64,000 nt of DNA from Syntrophales bacterium (GCA_963665615.2 CAXXQE010000006.1:1-64000); one strand, 5' to 3'; shown: positions 28,554-39,012, counted from the stretch's first letter. The notes: generated by a model not told the origin, from the sequence alone. Translations and numbers: made by a program.

Positions 28554-29291
28554 GGTCATGACGATAACAGGGGGGTTGTTTTTAACGATTTTGAGCATCA
28601 CTTTGTAGAGATTTTTATCATATACATTAAACCTAAACCCACAATCTTTTAGATGCAAGAAAAAGGTTGCCTGGCTCATTCCTCTGAACTTGGTCAACCT
28701 GGCCTTGCTCCTCCAGCAGCCTTCGATGCCGTCCATTTGGGCCTTTGTCTCGAACGAATTCATTGTGCCCATGATCGCCCCTGAGGTGCTTGCCGTAACC
28801 GACATCGACAAGGCCGTTATAACCGCGCCAACCTTCCGCGTAAACGACACTCTCTGGGTTTTGTATCTTTCCCGGGAATTATGGCTTGTAGCGTGGCTTT
28901 GGAACAATCCGGGACGATTTCTGTATAGACTTTGCCGTTACATTTGAACATGCCGAAGACGATCGTTTTACCGTATGCACCGCGTCTTCGTTTTCCCTTA
29001 ACGCGGCGTGCGCCAAAGAACGATTCGCCGACTTCGACCTCTCCGGAAAACGGAGATTGTTATTCGCAAAATTCTGCCAGAAGCACACGAATTGCCTTGA
29101 GAAAACGGTTCACCGTGTTGCAGTGCAGATCTGTCCATTTTGAAATTGGAGCGGCTTCTAAATTCAGCAAAAAAAGCCCCAATAATTCGCGGCATTTGGC
29201 CTCTGAAATTTTTTAACGTTTTGCGTAGTTGTTTTGTATTGTTATGATGCCAGGTTAACACAATTTTTTGCGTGCCGTTCCAGTCATGACC
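28554..29291 (-). mobile_element. Degenerate IS1595-family insertion sequence (~738 bp) with frameshifted transposase
   Basis: Terminal inverted repeats GGTCATGAC at 28554-28562 and 29283-29291; transposase fragments GEVEVGESFFGARRVKGKRRRGAYGKTIVFG, WRGYNGLVDVGY and FFLHLKDCGFRFN in shifting frames. Confidence 0.85.
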
Positions 29292-29311
29292 CGATGCAAA
29301 AAATGGTAGCA

Positions 29312-29348
29312 GAAAAAGAAAAAGGGGTAGCTCTATGAGAGCTACCCC
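29312..29348 (-). terminator. Rho-independent terminator after tRNA-Cys
   Basis: 11-bp stem GGGGTAGCTCT/AGAGCTACCCC followed by a U-rich tract on the minus strand. Confidence 0.85.
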
Positions 29349-29359
29349 CTTGAATTCAC

Positions 29360-29434
29360 TGGAGGCGGCATCCGGATTTGAACCGGAGAATAACGGTTTT
29401 GCAGACCGCTGCCTTACCACTTGGCTATGCCGCC
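29360..29434 (-). tRNA. tRNA-Cys (GCA)
   Basis: GGCGGCATAGCCAAGTGGTAAGGC...CTGCAAA...GGTTCAAATCC...GCCGCCTCCA cloverleaf with encoded CCA. Confidence 0.97.
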
Positions 29435-29442
29435 AAAAAAAA

Positions 29443-29517
29443 TGGAGCGGGCGAACGGATTCGAACCGTCGACGTCCACCTTGGCAAGGTGGCACTCTAC
29501 CGCTGAGTTACGCCCGC
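29443..29517 (-). tRNA. tRNA-Gly (GCC)
   Basis: GCGGGCGTAACTCAGCGGTAGAG...TTGCCAA...GGTTCGAATCC...CCCGCTCCA; classic pgsA-Gly-Cys arrangement. Confidence 0.97.
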
Positions 29518-29596
29518 TCAACAGGTGCTCTAATTATGCTAAACGCGCTGGATTGTCAATAGAAAAAGCGCTCTAAAAACAAAGAATATGCATGAC

Positions 29597-30220
29597 CTAT
29601 AGCGTCTTGATATGCTTTCTATTTTTCAGGAACCAGGAGATAAAATGGATCATATAATCCAGCCCGGACCACAACGTCAAAACCAGTGACAGATACAGTG
29701 TCCAGAGTCCGACCTGATGGGCGTCCACGCCGAGAAACGGATAGTGAATCAGAAGCGCCGTAATCGCAATGACTTGAGAGAGCGTTTTCTGTTTCCCCAA
29801 TCGACTCGCTGAAATCACGACGCCACCCGCCGACGAGACATGGCGGACTGCATCAATAACGATATCCCGCATAATCACGATCACTGCGACCCAAGCCGGC
29901 ACCCGGCCGAGCGGAATCATCAGGATCATGGCCGTGCTGACGATCAGCTTGTCGGCGATGGGGTCGATGATTTTTCCGACCTGGGTGACGAGTTGGTATT
30001 TCCTGGCGAGATAGCCGTCCAGCAGATCCGTTACGGCCGCCACGACAAAGAGAATTGCGATCACCAGGCTCAACGTTCGGCCTGGTTCCAGCAGCAATAG
30101 AAACAGGAACGGAACGACCGTAATCCGGAGTGCCGTGATCAAATTCGGCAGATTGACGATATCACTGCCGTCCTCGACGGACGGCGCCCTGAGCAGCTTA
30201 TCCTTAACGCGTTGCAGCAC
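29597..30220 (-). CDS. pgsA: CDP-diacylglycerol--glycerol-3-phosphate 3-phosphatidyltransferase
   Basis: NLPNLITALR, TDLLDGYLAR...GKIIDPIADK, ASRLGKQKT. Confidence 0.95.
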   Translation of the reverse strand: MLQRVKDKLLRAPSVEDGSDIVNLPNLITALRITVVPFLFLLLLEPGRTLSLVIAILFVVAAVTDLLDGYLARKYQLVTQVGKIIDPIADKLIVSTAMILMIPLGRVPAWVAVIVIMRDIVIDAVRHVSSAGGVVISASRLGKQKTLSQVIAITALLIHYPFLGVDAHQVGLWTLYLSLVLTLWSGLDYMIHFISWFLKNRKHIKTL

Positions 30221-30227
30221 GACTCAC

Positions 30228-30875
30228 CTATTTCTTCGGCACCTTCTCCCAGTCCGCCAGAAAGCTCGCGATACCCGCATCAGTGAGCGGATGCTTCGCC
30301 AACTGAGCAATCACCTTAAAGGGAATCGTAGCAATATCCGCGCCCATCATTGCCGCTTCCAGTACATGGGTAGGATGTCTCACGCTGGCCACGATGATCT
30401 CGGTCTGGAAATCGTAGTTGTCAATGATTGTAACGATCTGCTCGATGAGGTCCATGCCGATATGGGAAATGTCATCGAGGCGTCCCACAAAGGGACTTAC
30501 GTAAGCCGCCCCCGCCTTCGCCGCCAACAGGGCCTGGACCGGAGAGAAAATCAAGGTCTGATTGACCTTGATACCCGCCGACGACAGGGCCTTCGTGGCC
30601 TTGAGACCTTCAGTCGTCATGGGGATCTTGACGACGACATTTTTCCCCAGTGCAGCCAGCTCCTTGCCTTCCGCGATCATGCGATCCGCATCGAGACCGA
30701 TCACTTCCAGGCTGACGGGGCCTTCGACGATGCGGAGAATATCGCGCACCACCACATCGAACGCCCTGTTTTCCTTGGCGACGAGACTGGGATTGGTCGT
30801 CACACCATCCACCATGCCCAGCGCCAGTCCTTCTTTGATTTCATCGATATTGGCCGTGTCGATAAAAAATTTCAT
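30228..30875 (-). CDS. tal: Transaldolase (FSA/TalC family)
   Basis: [37 protein letters not shown] (Glu/Phe combination of transaldolase-type members). Confidence 0.9.
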   Translation of the reverse strand: MKFFIDTANIDEIKEGLALGMVDGVTTNPSLVAKENRAFDVVVRDILRIVEGPVSLEVIGLDADRMIAEGKELAALGKNVVVKIPMTTEGLKATKALSSAGIKVNQTLIFSPVQALLAAKAGAAYVSPFVGRLDDISHIGMDLIEQIVTIIDNYDFQTEIIVASVRHPTHVLEAAMMGADIATIPFKVIAQLAKHPLTDAGIASFLADWEKVPKK

Positions 30876-31168
30876 TCCTGTCCTCCACGATCGTTCTTAT
30901 AGTGTTTCATACATTCCTTGCTGCAGAAAAAAAGCGTCCGGCCATTCTCCCGCAGCGTGAGGGCCGTCGTAATCGGAACATAGGTGTGACACCAGGCGTC
31001 CTCCACCAGTTCCTCGCCAATCCGCTCTACCGGCCCATCCGCTTGCCGCGGCCTGTCCTTTTCGACCCGTTCTTTTGGAAACAGAAAAAGAACCAATCCC
31101 TTAATGAGGCGATACAGAACATAAAAGAGGATAACCGCGAGAATCAGTCGTATCAAGCCCATCGTCAC
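30872..31168 (-). CDS. Small membrane-anchored YHS/TRASH-domain protein
   Basis: N-terminal TM helix; DAWCHTYVP...FFCSKEC. Confidence 0.75.
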   Translation of the reverse strand: MTMGLIRLILAVILFYVLYRLIKGLVLFLFPKERVEKDRPRQADGPVERIGEELVEDAWCHTYVPITTALTLRENGRTLFFCSKECMKHYKNDRGGQE

Positions 31169-31680
31169 TCCGCTGGGTCCGAGATCATTTCCACGGAACC
31201 CGTATCCTCCAATCGCTCCAGCAGGCCCTGTACCGATATGCCGAAGGCCGGATGAATCGTGTAAGGCGCAAGCTCATGAAGCGGCGCCAACACGAAACGC
31301 CGTTTGTGCATCTCCGGATGCGGCACCGTCAGCCCTTCCTCGTCGATCACCCGCTGATCGTACAGAAGGAGATCGAGATCGATCACGCGCGGCCCCCATT
31401 TTTCGCCCGGCAACCGCCCCATTGTTTTTTCGATCCCCTTAAGGCGATCCAACAAGGCCCGGGGCGGCAAGGCCGTCCGAACCTCCACGACAGCATTGAC
31501 AAACCAGGGTTGCTCTTGAAGACCGTGCGGCTCCGTGCGATAGAAGGACGAACACCTCAGCACACGGATGTCTTCAGTCTCTCCAATACATCGAATCGCT
31601 CGCCGGCACTGTTCAAGCGGATCATCCAGGTTGGACCCTACGCCGATAAATACAATGCCCTCACGCAAAGGCCTTCTCAA
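31165..31680 (-). CDS. folK: 2-amino-4-hydroxy-6-hydroxymethyldihydropteridine diphosphokinase
   Basis: IGVGSNL, WFVNAV, WGPRVIDLDLL, VPHPEMHKRRFVL. Confidence 0.95.
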   Translation of the reverse strand: MRRPLREGIVFIGVGSNLDDPLEQCRRAIRCIGETEDIRVLRCSSFYRTEPHGLQEQPWFVNAVVEVRTALPPRALLDRLKGIEKTMGRLPGEKWGPRVIDLDLLLYDQRVIDEEGLTVPHPEMHKRRFVLAPLHELAPYTIHPAFGISVQGLLERLEDTGSVEMISDPAE

Positions 31681-32827
31681 TTCGCGCCATCGCCTCTTTC
31701 AGTCTCGCATCAGGCACGGTAAGAGAAATCCGGATATAGCCTTCACCGTATTGGCCGTAGGCCGTACCCGATGCGACCACCACCGCCGTCTTTTCGAAAA
31801 GCTGGTTGGTAAACTCGATCGAGCTCATGCCCTTGGGTGTCGGCACCCAGAGGTAGAACGTCCCTTTCGGCGGCTTGAACCGTATCCCGATCTTGCGCAG
31901 CGTCTTCAGAACCAGTGTTCGGCGGCGCTTGTAGATCTTCATCATCTTTTCGATGTTGCGCGTTTCCTGCTGCAGGGCCTGGATGCCCGCGTACTGCACC
32001 GCATTAAAGATGCCGGAATCAGTGTTTTCCTTTACCTTGCTGATAGCGGCAATGATCTCGGGATTGCCGACGGCCATGCCGATGCGCCAGCCCGTCATGT
32101 TGTAAGGCTTTGACAGAGAGTTGAGTTCCACGCCGACCTCTTTCGCCCCTTCGGTGGCCATGAAGCTCAGCCGCGGCTGATCGTCAAAAACCACTTCGCT
32201 GTATGGGTTGTCGTAGCAGACGGCGATATTGTTCTTTCGAGCAAATGCAACAAGCTTCTCGAAAAACGCCGGCGTCGCACAGGCCCCTGTCGGATTGTTC
32301 GGGTAGTTCAGGAACATTCCGCGGGCGCGCTTGACGATCTCTTCGGGAATCTCGTCAAAGTCAGGCAGGAAACCGTTTTCCTTCCGGATCGGTACAGAGT
32401 AAGGCTCGCCGCCGGCCATCAGGATGCTGGCGCGATAGGCCGGATAGCCCGGATCGGTCATGAGGACGACATCCCCGGGATTGATGCAGGCCAGCACAAA
32501 GTGATGACAGCCTTCCTTGGAACCGATCAGGCCGAGCACTTCCGTCGCCGGATCGACCGTGACATTGTAGCGTTCCTTGTACCAGCGTGCCACCTCCTGA
32601 CGGAAGGCCAACATGCCCTTTTCTTCGTCGGTCGGATACCGGTGATTCTCCGGATCCTTCGCAGCGCGCGCCAATTCCCGGATAATGCCGGCCGGTGTAG
32701 GCTCGACCGGATCCCCTACGCCCAGACTGATGACATCGATACCGTCCGCCTTGGCCTTCGCAATCTTCTTTCTCAACTCCATAAACAGATATGGAGGAAT
32801 CTTCGACAATCTATCCGCTATCTGCAA
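31661..32827 (-). CDS. dapL: LL-diaminopimelate aminotransferase (class I PLP enzyme)
   Basis: LIGSKEG, NYPNNPTGA, SLSKPYNMTGWRIG, KENTDSG; located in dap operon. Confidence 0.85.
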   Translation of the reverse strand: MQIADRLSKIPPYLFMELRKKIAKAKADGIDVISLGVGDPVEPTPAGIIRELARAAKDPENHRYPTDEEKGMLAFRQEVARWYKERYNVTVDPATEVLGLIGSKEGCHHFVLACINPGDVVLMTDPGYPAYRASILMAGGEPYSVPIRKENGFLPDFDEIPEEIVKRARGMFLNYPNNPTGACATPAFFEKLVAFARKNNIAVCYDNPYSEVVFDDQPRLSFMATEGAKEVGVELNSLSKPYNMTGWRIGMAVGNPEIIAAISKVKENTDSGIFNAVQYAGIQALQQETRNIEKMMKIYKRRRTLVLKTLRKIGIRFKPPKGTFYLWVPTPKGMSSIEFTNQLFEKTAVVVASGTAYGQYGEGYIRISLTVPDARLKEAMARIEKAFA

Positions 32828-32911
32828 AACCCGAATCTCCTTCTTTTAAGCTTTTAGCTATCAGCTTTTAGGCGTTAGCTTTATTCGTATCAATAACCGT
32901 GATGGGCGTTT

Positions 32912-33101
32912 TGTCATTCCCGCGCAGGCGGGAATCCCGGTCTTTCAAGGTGTTCTGGATCCCCGCTTTCGCGGGGATGACATGGAATAAAACCCTTTAC
33001 GGAATCGAGATGTTTTTCGCTCAACATCTCAACTTCCCACCTTCTCAACTTCTGTTTTTCCCGCCTGTCACTTGTCACTCGTCACTATTTACTATTCACT
33101 A
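32912..33101. repeat. Composite intergenic repeat, copy 1 (nested palindrome plus 8-mer and 7-mer tandem units)
   Basis: GTCATTCCCGCGCAGGCGGGAATC...GGATCCCCGCTTTCGCGGGGATGAC; 32955-33101 is similar to 39013-39151. Confidence 0.8.
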
Positions 33102-33911
33102 TTTACTCTCTTTCAGCCCCAGAACATCCTGCATGTCGTAGAGGCCGTTGGGACGATCGACAAGCCACAAGGCTGCACGTATGGCGCCCCTGGCGAAGTT
33201 ATCACGGCTGTGCGCCCGGTGAATGAGTTCCAACCGTTCGCCGTTTCCCGCAAACATCACCGTATGCTCGCCGACGATATCGCCCGCCCGAAGCGTCTGA
33301 ATGCCGATTTCCTTCTTCGTCCGAGCGCCAATCATGCCGCGCCGTTCGTAGACGCCTACTTCGTTCAGATTTCTATCAAGCGCCGAAGCGAGCACCTCCG
33401 CGATCTTCATCGCAGTACCGCTGGGCGCGTCCTTTTTCTGATTGTGATGGGCTTCGACAATCTCCACGTCGTAATCATCGCCCAGAATTTTGGCGACATA
33501 ATCCAGCGCCTTCAAGAGGACATTGACCCCCACGCTCATGTTGGGCGCCAGAACGCATCGAACCGATCCTGAGAGAGTCTGAACCTTGGCAAGCTCCTCC
33601 GCGGTAAATCCCGTGGAGCCAATGACGATGGCCTTCTGCGCAGCCACGACCACGTCCAGATTCCCCATCGACGCCTCGTGCGCCGTAAAATCGATCACGA
33701 CATCCGCCTTGTCGATGCACTCCTCGATATTGCCCACGATCGAAACGCCCGATTTGCCCGAACCGAGCAATTCGCCGTGATCCCGGCCGATAGCCGGATG
33801 ATCCGGACGCTCGACCGCCCCTGCCACTTCAATACCGTCCGTGGCCGCAATGAGGGTCGCAATCCGCATCCCCATCTTTCCCGCAGCGCCGGTAACAATG
33901 GTTCGTACCAT
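33099..33911 (-). CDS. dapB: 4-hydroxy-tetrahydrodipicolinate reductase
   Basis: GAAGKMG, VVIDFT, APNMSVGVN, EAHHNQKKDAPSGTA. Confidence 0.97.
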   Translation of the reverse strand: MVRTIVTGAAGKMGMRIATLIAATDGIEVAGAVERPDHPAIGRDHGELLGSGKSGVSIVGNIEECIDKADVVIDFTAHEASMGNLDVVVAAQKAIVIGSTGFTAEELAKVQTLSGSVRCVLAPNMSVGVNVLLKALDYVAKILGDDYDVEIVEAHHNQKKDAPSGTAMKIAEVLASALDRNLNEVGVYERRGMIGARTKKEIGIQTLRAGDIVGEHTVMFAGNGERLELIHRAHSRDNFARGAIRAALWLVDRPNGLYDMQDVLGLKESK

Positions 33912-33924
33912 AAAAGAACTCCTT

Positions 33925-34803
33925 TTATTTCTTAATCAGCCCGTAATTCACCAGCGCCTGTCTGAGTTTCTCATAATTGGCGTCCGTTAGTTTCGCCAGC
34001 GGCAGACGGACTTCGTAAGCGATCTTGCCCATCATGGCGAGTGCTGCCTTGACCGGAACCGGATTGGTCTCGATGAAGAGCGCGTCGATCAAGGGGCTCA
34101 ACTTGTTGTGCAGCGCGCGGGCCTTCTTCATGTTCTTCGCGTTGATCGCGTCAACCAAGGCGGCCATATCCGCCGGCACGATGTTCGAGGCCACGGAGAT
34201 AATCCCTCTGCCGCCCATCGCCATCAGGGGCAGCGTGAAGAGATCGTCTCCTGAAAGAACATCGAAATCCTCATCGCATATGCGGAGCACATCGCTCATC
34301 TGCTTGATGGACCCCGAAGCCTCCTTCACGGCCACGATGTTCTCGATCTCGCCCAGTCGCTTAATCGTCTGCGGTTCCATGTTGACACCGGTCCGGCCGG
34401 GAATGTTGTAGAGCACGATCGGCACCGGCACGGCCTTGGCTACCGCTTTGAAGTGCTGATAGAGTCCCTCCTGGGAGGGCCGATTATAGTAAGGGTTGAC
34501 CATGAGCACCCCGTCGGCTCCCGCCTGGTAGGCATGTTTTGTCAATTTGATTGCCTCGTCGGTGCTGTTCGATCCCGTTCCCGCAATGACCGGAACCCGC
34601 TTGGCAACCGCATCGATCGTGATCTCAATGACCCTGTCGTGCTCCTTATAGGACAGCGTACTGGACTCCCCCGTCGTACCGCAGGGAACGATGCCGTCCG
34701 TTCCGTTGGCGATTTGGAACTCGATTAACTCTCTCAGCGCCTTTTCATCGACCTTCCCGTTGCGGAAAGGCGTTACAATCGCAACAATAGCTCCCTTGAA
34801 CAT
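33925..34803 (-). CDS. dapA: 4-hydroxy-tetrahydrodipicolinate synthase
   Basis: MFKGAIVAIVTPF, GTTGES, LYNIPGRT, KEASG; start trimmed to ATG 34803. Confidence 0.97.
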   Translation of the reverse strand: MFKGAIVAIVTPFRNGKVDEKALRELIEFQIANGTDGIVPCGTTGESSTLSYKEHDRVIEITIDAVAKRVPVIAGTGSNSTDEAIKLTKHAYQAGADGVLMVNPYYNRPSQEGLYQHFKAVAKAVPVPIVLYNIPGRTGVNMEPQTIKRLGEIENIVAVKEASGSIKQMSDVLRICDEDFDVLSGDDLFTLPLMAMGGRGIISVASNIVPADMAALVDAINAKNMKKARALHNKLSPLIDALFIETNPVPVKAALAMMGKIAYEVRLPLAKLTDANYEKLRQALVNYGLIKK

Positions 34804-34819
34804 ATATCTTCTGTCCTCC

Positions 34820-35647
34820 TTATTTGTACCCTTCTTCACAAAGAACGCCCTGACAAACCAGCGTCGTGCCGCCTTCCAGGTAGACCTTCTCAAATCCCTG
34901 GCTGTTCTTCTCAAAGTAGATTTTCAGGATCTCGCCGCTGCGGACCCTGACCGACACCGGTGCATCCACGAGTCCCTTCCAGGCGGAAATCAGCGCCGAC
35001 GCCACCGCGCCCGTCCCGCAGGCGAGGGTTTCCGCCTCAACCCCTCGTTCATAGGTCCGGACCTGGATGGTTCCCCGATCGAGCACCTTCACAAAATTCG
35101 CATTCGTACCCGCAGGCTGAAAGTGGGCATGACGGCGAATCTCCCGGCCGTAGGCAAAGACATCAACCCCTTCGATATCCTCCACATAGTGCACCGCGTG
35201 GGGAACGCCGGTGTTGATGTTGTTCATCACGAGATCGCTCCCCGCCACCCGCAACGTATAATCGACAACCGGCACGGACGGATCGGTCAATCTCAGTTTC
35301 ACAATCCGGTCGCAAACTTCGGCATCGATGATACCTGCACGCGTCTCGAAGGACATCTTCCCCTGTGCAATCCCCTTCAGAAAGGCAAACCGCGCGGCGC
35401 AGCGTCCGCCGTTTCCGCACATCTCTGCCTCGCTGCCGTCCGCATTATAGAAGAGCCAACGGAAATCAGCCTGGCTCGACGGAACGACAACGATCAGACC
35501 GTCGGCGCCGAGCGATATCCTCGGCTCACAGACCCGCTTCGCAAAGGCGCTCCAGTCGGAAATCCCGGCGGAGCCGTCCCGGTTATCGATCAGGATGAAG
35601 TCGTTGCCGCTCCCGCTCATCTTGAAAAAATTAATCACGTTGTTCAC
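34820..35647 (-). CDS. dapF: Diaminopimelate epimerase
   Basis: KMSGSGNDF, NADGSEAEMCGNG, YERGVEAETLACGTG. Confidence 0.97.
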   Translation of the reverse strand: MNNVINFFKMSGSGNDFILIDNRDGSAGISDWSAFAKRVCEPRISLGADGLIVVVPSSQADFRWLFYNADGSEAEMCGNGGRCAARFAFLKGIAQGKMSFETRAGIIDAEVCDRIVKLRLTDPSVPVVDYTLRVAGSDLVMNNINTGVPHAVHYVEDIEGVDVFAYGREIRRHAHFQPAGTNANFVKVLDRGTIQVRTYERGVEAETLACGTGAVASALISAWKGLVDAPVSVRVRSGEILKIYFEKNSQGFEKVYLEGGTTLVCQGVLCEEGYK

Positions 35648-35657
35648 CTGTGTGTTG

Positions 35658-36914
35658 TCACTTCATAAACTCAGGGATCGTCTCGTTCGCGACGAGTTCC
35701 TTGTATGACTCCCGCTTGCGGATCACATAGTACCGGTCGTCGCGCACCAGAATCTCAGCTGCCCGGAGCCGGGAATTGTAATTCGAGGACATCGAAAAGC
35801 CATAGGCCCCGGCGCTCATCACGGCGAGCAGTTCACCCTTTTCGACCCGAGGCACCTCCCGATCCTTGGCCAGGAAATCGCCTGACTCACAGATCGGACC
35901 GACGACATCGGCCACCAGGTTCGTCCGGCCTTTCAGCGCGACCGGCTGGATGTGATGGTGCGCATCGTAAAAGCTGGGCCGGATCAGATCGTTCATCCCG
36001 GCATCGACGATAATAAAATTCTTCTCGTTGTTCTTTTTTGTGTAGAGCACGCCCGTCACGAGTGCGCCCGCGTTACCCACAATCACGCGGCCCGGCTCGA
36101 AGAGAAGCGTACAGCCGATATCGCCGACGCTGTCGATGATCGCCTTCGCATAGTCCCGCGGGTGCGGCGGCAACTCGTCCCGATAGGTGATGCCGAGACC
36201 GCCGCCCAGATCGAGGTATTTGATGTCAAACCCTTCCGATCGAAGCACCGCGATCAATTCTTTGACCTTCTTGACCGTATCGACGAAGGGCGATAACTCG
36301 GTCAACTGTGAACCGATGTGACAGTCAACACCGATGACCTCGATATTCGAAAGTGTTTTGGCCTTGCGGTATTCCTCAAGTGCGCTTTCCATATCGAAGC
36401 CGAACTTGTTCTTTTTGAGTCCCGTCGAGATATAGGGATGCGTCTTGGGATCGACGTCCGGATTGATCCGGATCGCGATCCGCGCCTTTTTGTTCAAATG
36501 CGCCGCGCACTGATTGATCGTTTCGAGTTCCTGCGGCGACTCCACGTTGAACATCAGGATACCGGACCGAACTGCATAGTCGATCTCTTCGGTCTTCTTG
36601 CCGACACCTGAATACACGATCTTTCCTGGATCGGCGCCTGCCTGCAGGGCCCGGTACAACTCGCCCCCGGACACGATGTCCAAACCGCTCCCCTCGTTGA
36701 TAAAGAGTTTGAGAAGCGCGAGGTTTGAGTTGACCTTCACAGAAAAGCACACCAGATGCGGAATGCCCGAAAAAGCGCCGTCAAACGCCCGATAGTGGTT
36801 TTTCAGTGTCCGGTAACTGTACAGGTAAAACGGCGTCCCGACAGATCGCGCGATCTCCTCAACCGACACCTCTTCGCACCAGAGGCTGTGATCCACATAA
36901 TGAAAATCATTCAT
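35658..36914 (-). CDS. lysA: Diaminopimelate decarboxylase
   Basis: FSVKVNSN, DIVSGGEL, HIGSQ, LGGGLG, EPGR, GPICESGD, MSSNYNSR. Confidence 0.97.
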   Translation of the reverse strand: MNDFHYVDHSLWCEEVSVEEIARSVGTPFYLYSYRTLKNHYRAFDGAFSGIPHLVCFSVKVNSNLALLKLFINEGSGLDIVSGGELYRALQAGADPGKIVYSGVGKKTEEIDYAVRSGILMFNVESPQELETINQCAAHLNKKARIAIRINPDVDPKTHPYISTGLKKNKFGFDMESALEEYRKAKTLSNIEVIGVDCHIGSQLTELSPFVDTVKKVKELIAVLRSEGFDIKYLDLGGGLGITYRDELPPHPRDYAKAIIDSVGDIGCTLLFEPGRVIVGNAGALVTGVLYTKKNNEKNFIIVDAGMNDLIRPSFYDAHHHIQPVALKGRTNLVADVVGPICESGDFLAKDREVPRVEKGELLAVMSAGAYGFSMSSNYNSRLRAAEILVRDDRYYVIRKRESYKELVANETIPEFMK

Positions 36915-36931
36915 ACGATAATGCCTTTACC

Positions 36932-37453
36932 CTATTTTTCAGGAAGCGGCGCTGCAACGTCGTCGGTTCCCGCTTTATCCTTGTTTCCGTCCGCCGGTTT
37001 CCAATCGATCGAAACCGCATTGGACTCGGATCCGCAATAGCCCGTGTCGTCGCACAGGATGATCTTGTACGTGTAATGGAATCCCGGTTTGATCCACGGA
37101 TCGCGGAACGATACCCGCCCGCTGCCGAGGTCTTTTCTCAATTCCTGAACCAAAGGCTCCGAGATCAGATTGAACGCGGCGGGACAGCCGGGACAGCTAC
37201 CGTTTTGAACATCGAGCGCGCTCCGGAATATTTTTACCCGTTCGACACCGGTCCCGCCTCCCGGAAGGGTCCAAACAATTCGATTTCCATCGCTAGACCG
37301 GCCGACCTCCAGATCCTTGACACCGGGGGGAAGCGCATCGACGAGAGGCGTGGGGTTTCCCTTGAGGCCGCAGCCGATAAGAAAAACCGCTGCCGCCAAC
37401 GCGCAGCAACCGAAAAAGATGGCTGTTATACTTCTACTTTTCCAATTTCTCAA
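36932..37453 (-). CDS. Lipoprotein (LppL/YifL-like N-terminus plus FN3-like domain with CxxC)
   Basis: Lipobox LIGC followed by GLKGNP; CPGC; YTYKI; lies directly upstream of lysA. Confidence 0.7.
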   Translation of the reverse strand: MRNWKSRSITAIFFGCCALAAAVFLIGCGLKGNPTPLVDALPPGVKDLEVGRSSDGNRIVWTLPGGGTGVERVKIFRSALDVQNGSCPGCPAAFNLISEPLVQELRKDLGSGRVSFRDPWIKPGFHYTYKIILCDDTGYCGSESNAVSIDWKPADGNKDKAGTDDVAAPLPEK

Positions 37454-38855
37454 TCTCTTTTATCCTCTTACGAAGGGCCTTTGCGCCCGTTGCCCCCTCG
37501 ACCGTTCGTGAATCGACAGACTGCGCCACATCGAGTTTTCCGATAATATCCGCCTGAAATGCCTCGGCATATTTCCGGAAGTCCACAAGATCGAGATCCG
37601 TCAGGTCCTTTCCATCGCGAATGCAGTCGGCCACGATCCGACCGACCACCTCGTGCGCCTTGCGGAAAGGCACGCCTTTTTGGACGAGATACTCCGCCAC
37701 ATCGGTCGCTGTGGAAAATCCCTTGGCGGCCTCACGGCGCATGCGGTCGCGATTGAAACGGATGTGTCCGAGCATGCCGTTAAGGATCGCAAGGGACCCT
37801 TTCACCGTGTCGATCGCATCGAAAAGCGGTTCCTTGTCCTCCTGCAAGTCCCGGTTATAGCTCATGGGAAGCCCCTTGAGAATCGTCAGGATCGCCATAA
37901 GATCGCCATAAACCCGGCCGGTCTTTCCGCGGATGAGTTCCGCAACGTCCGGATTTTTCTTCTGCGGCATGATGCTGCTGCCGGTGGTATAGGCGTCCGA
38001 GATCTCGATGAATCCGAACTCGTCACTGGCCCAGAGGATGATATCCTCGCAAAACCGGCTCAGGTGCATCATGATGAGACTGCAATCGAAGATCATTTCG
38101 GCGACGAAATCCCGATCCGACACCGTGTCCATGCTGTTGGTTGTGACCTTCGGGAATCCGAGAAGCTCCGCCGTATACGCCCGGTCGAGCGGGAGGCTCG
38201 TCCCCGCCAGCGCCGCCGCGCCCAGCGGCATGACGTTCACGCGCTTGAGACCGTCCCGAATCCGCGCCTCGTCGCGATCCAGCATATCCCGATAGGCCAG
38301 CAGATAATGGGCCAGCCGCACCGGCTGGGCTTTCTGGAGATGCGTATATCCCGGAAGGATCGTATCGATCTCCTCCTTGGCGATCCTGAGAAGCGTCGCC
38401 TTCAACTGCGCGACAAGCGCCAGAATCCGCTGCGACTCGTCGCGCACGTACATCCGGACATCAAGGGCCACCTGATCGTTGCGGCTGCGACCCGTGTGAA
38501 GCCGCGCGCCTGCCTCGCCGATCCGCTCCGTCAGCGCCCGCTCGACGGCCATGTGGATGTCTTCGTGCTCGATCGAAAAGACGAAGTCGCCTCGTTCGAT
38601 GTCCTTTCGAATGCCCTCCAGCCCGGCAACGATCTTCTTACCTTCTGCCGCCGTCAGGATCCCCTGCTTGACCAGCATCTGGCAGTGCGCGATGCTCCCC
38701 GCAATGTCGTGGGCGTAGAGGCGCTGATCGAAGGGGATCGAGGCCGTGAAGACCTCGACAGACTTGTCCGTGGGCTCGCTGAACCGCCCGCCCCAGGGCT
38801 TGGCGGCAGCCTGCTCGCTTTTCGTTGTTTTTGTCTTTTTTGTTGTCATCACCAT
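37434..38855 (-). CDS. argH: Argininosuccinate lyase
   Basis: [37 protein letters not shown]; start trimmed. Confidence 0.97.
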   Translation of the reverse strand: MVMTTKKTKTTKSEQAAAKPWGGRFSEPTDKSVEVFTASIPFDQRLYAHDIAGSIAHCQMLVKQGILTAAEGKKIVAGLEGIRKDIERGDFVFSIEHEDIHMAVERALTERIGEAGARLHTGRSRNDQVALDVRMYVRDESQRILALVAQLKATLLRIAKEEIDTILPGYTHLQKAQPVRLAHYLLAYRDMLDRDEARIRDGLKRVNVMPLGAAALAGTSLPLDRAYTAELLGFPKVTTNSMDTVSDRDFVAEMIFDCSLIMMHLSRFCEDIILWASDEFGFIEISDAYTTGSSIMPQKKNPDVAELIRGKTGRVYGDLMAILTILKGLPMSYNRDLQEDKEPLFDAIDTVKGSLAILNGMLGHIRFNRDRMRREAAKGFSTATDVAEYLVQKGVPFRKAHEVVGRIVADCIRDGKDLTDLDLVDFRKYAEAFQADIIGKLDVAQSVDSRTVEGATGAKALRKRIKEIEKLEK

Positions 38856-38873
38856 TCGCTGTTTGCAATTACG

Positions 38874-38975
38874 TGTCATTGCGCCTGTCCCGATGCCGTA
38901 ACGGGGAGAAACGCAGTGACGAAGCAATCTTTTCGGTTCTATGAACGAGATTGCTTCGCCTCGCTCGCAATGACA
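38874..38975. repeat. Palindromic REP/RPE-like element
   Basis: TGTCATTGCG...CGAAGCAATCT...AGATTGCTTCG...CGCAATGACA nested inverted repeats. Confidence 0.8.
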
Positions 38976-39012
38976 GGAATAAATATTATATCGGGTTCCG
39001 TTCCAAAAAGAC

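Noticed and set aside
29360..29400. tRNA-Cys as integrase attachment site for the island
   Set aside because: I found no duplicate of the tRNA 3' end and no integrase inside the window; it may lie left of position 1
28998..29495. 165-aa ORF and overlapping small ORFs
   Set aside because: They read through two tRNA genes and IS debris
33020..33101. Short tandem units as a possible CRISPR array
   Set aside because: 7-8 nt degenerate units without unique spacers; no cas genes
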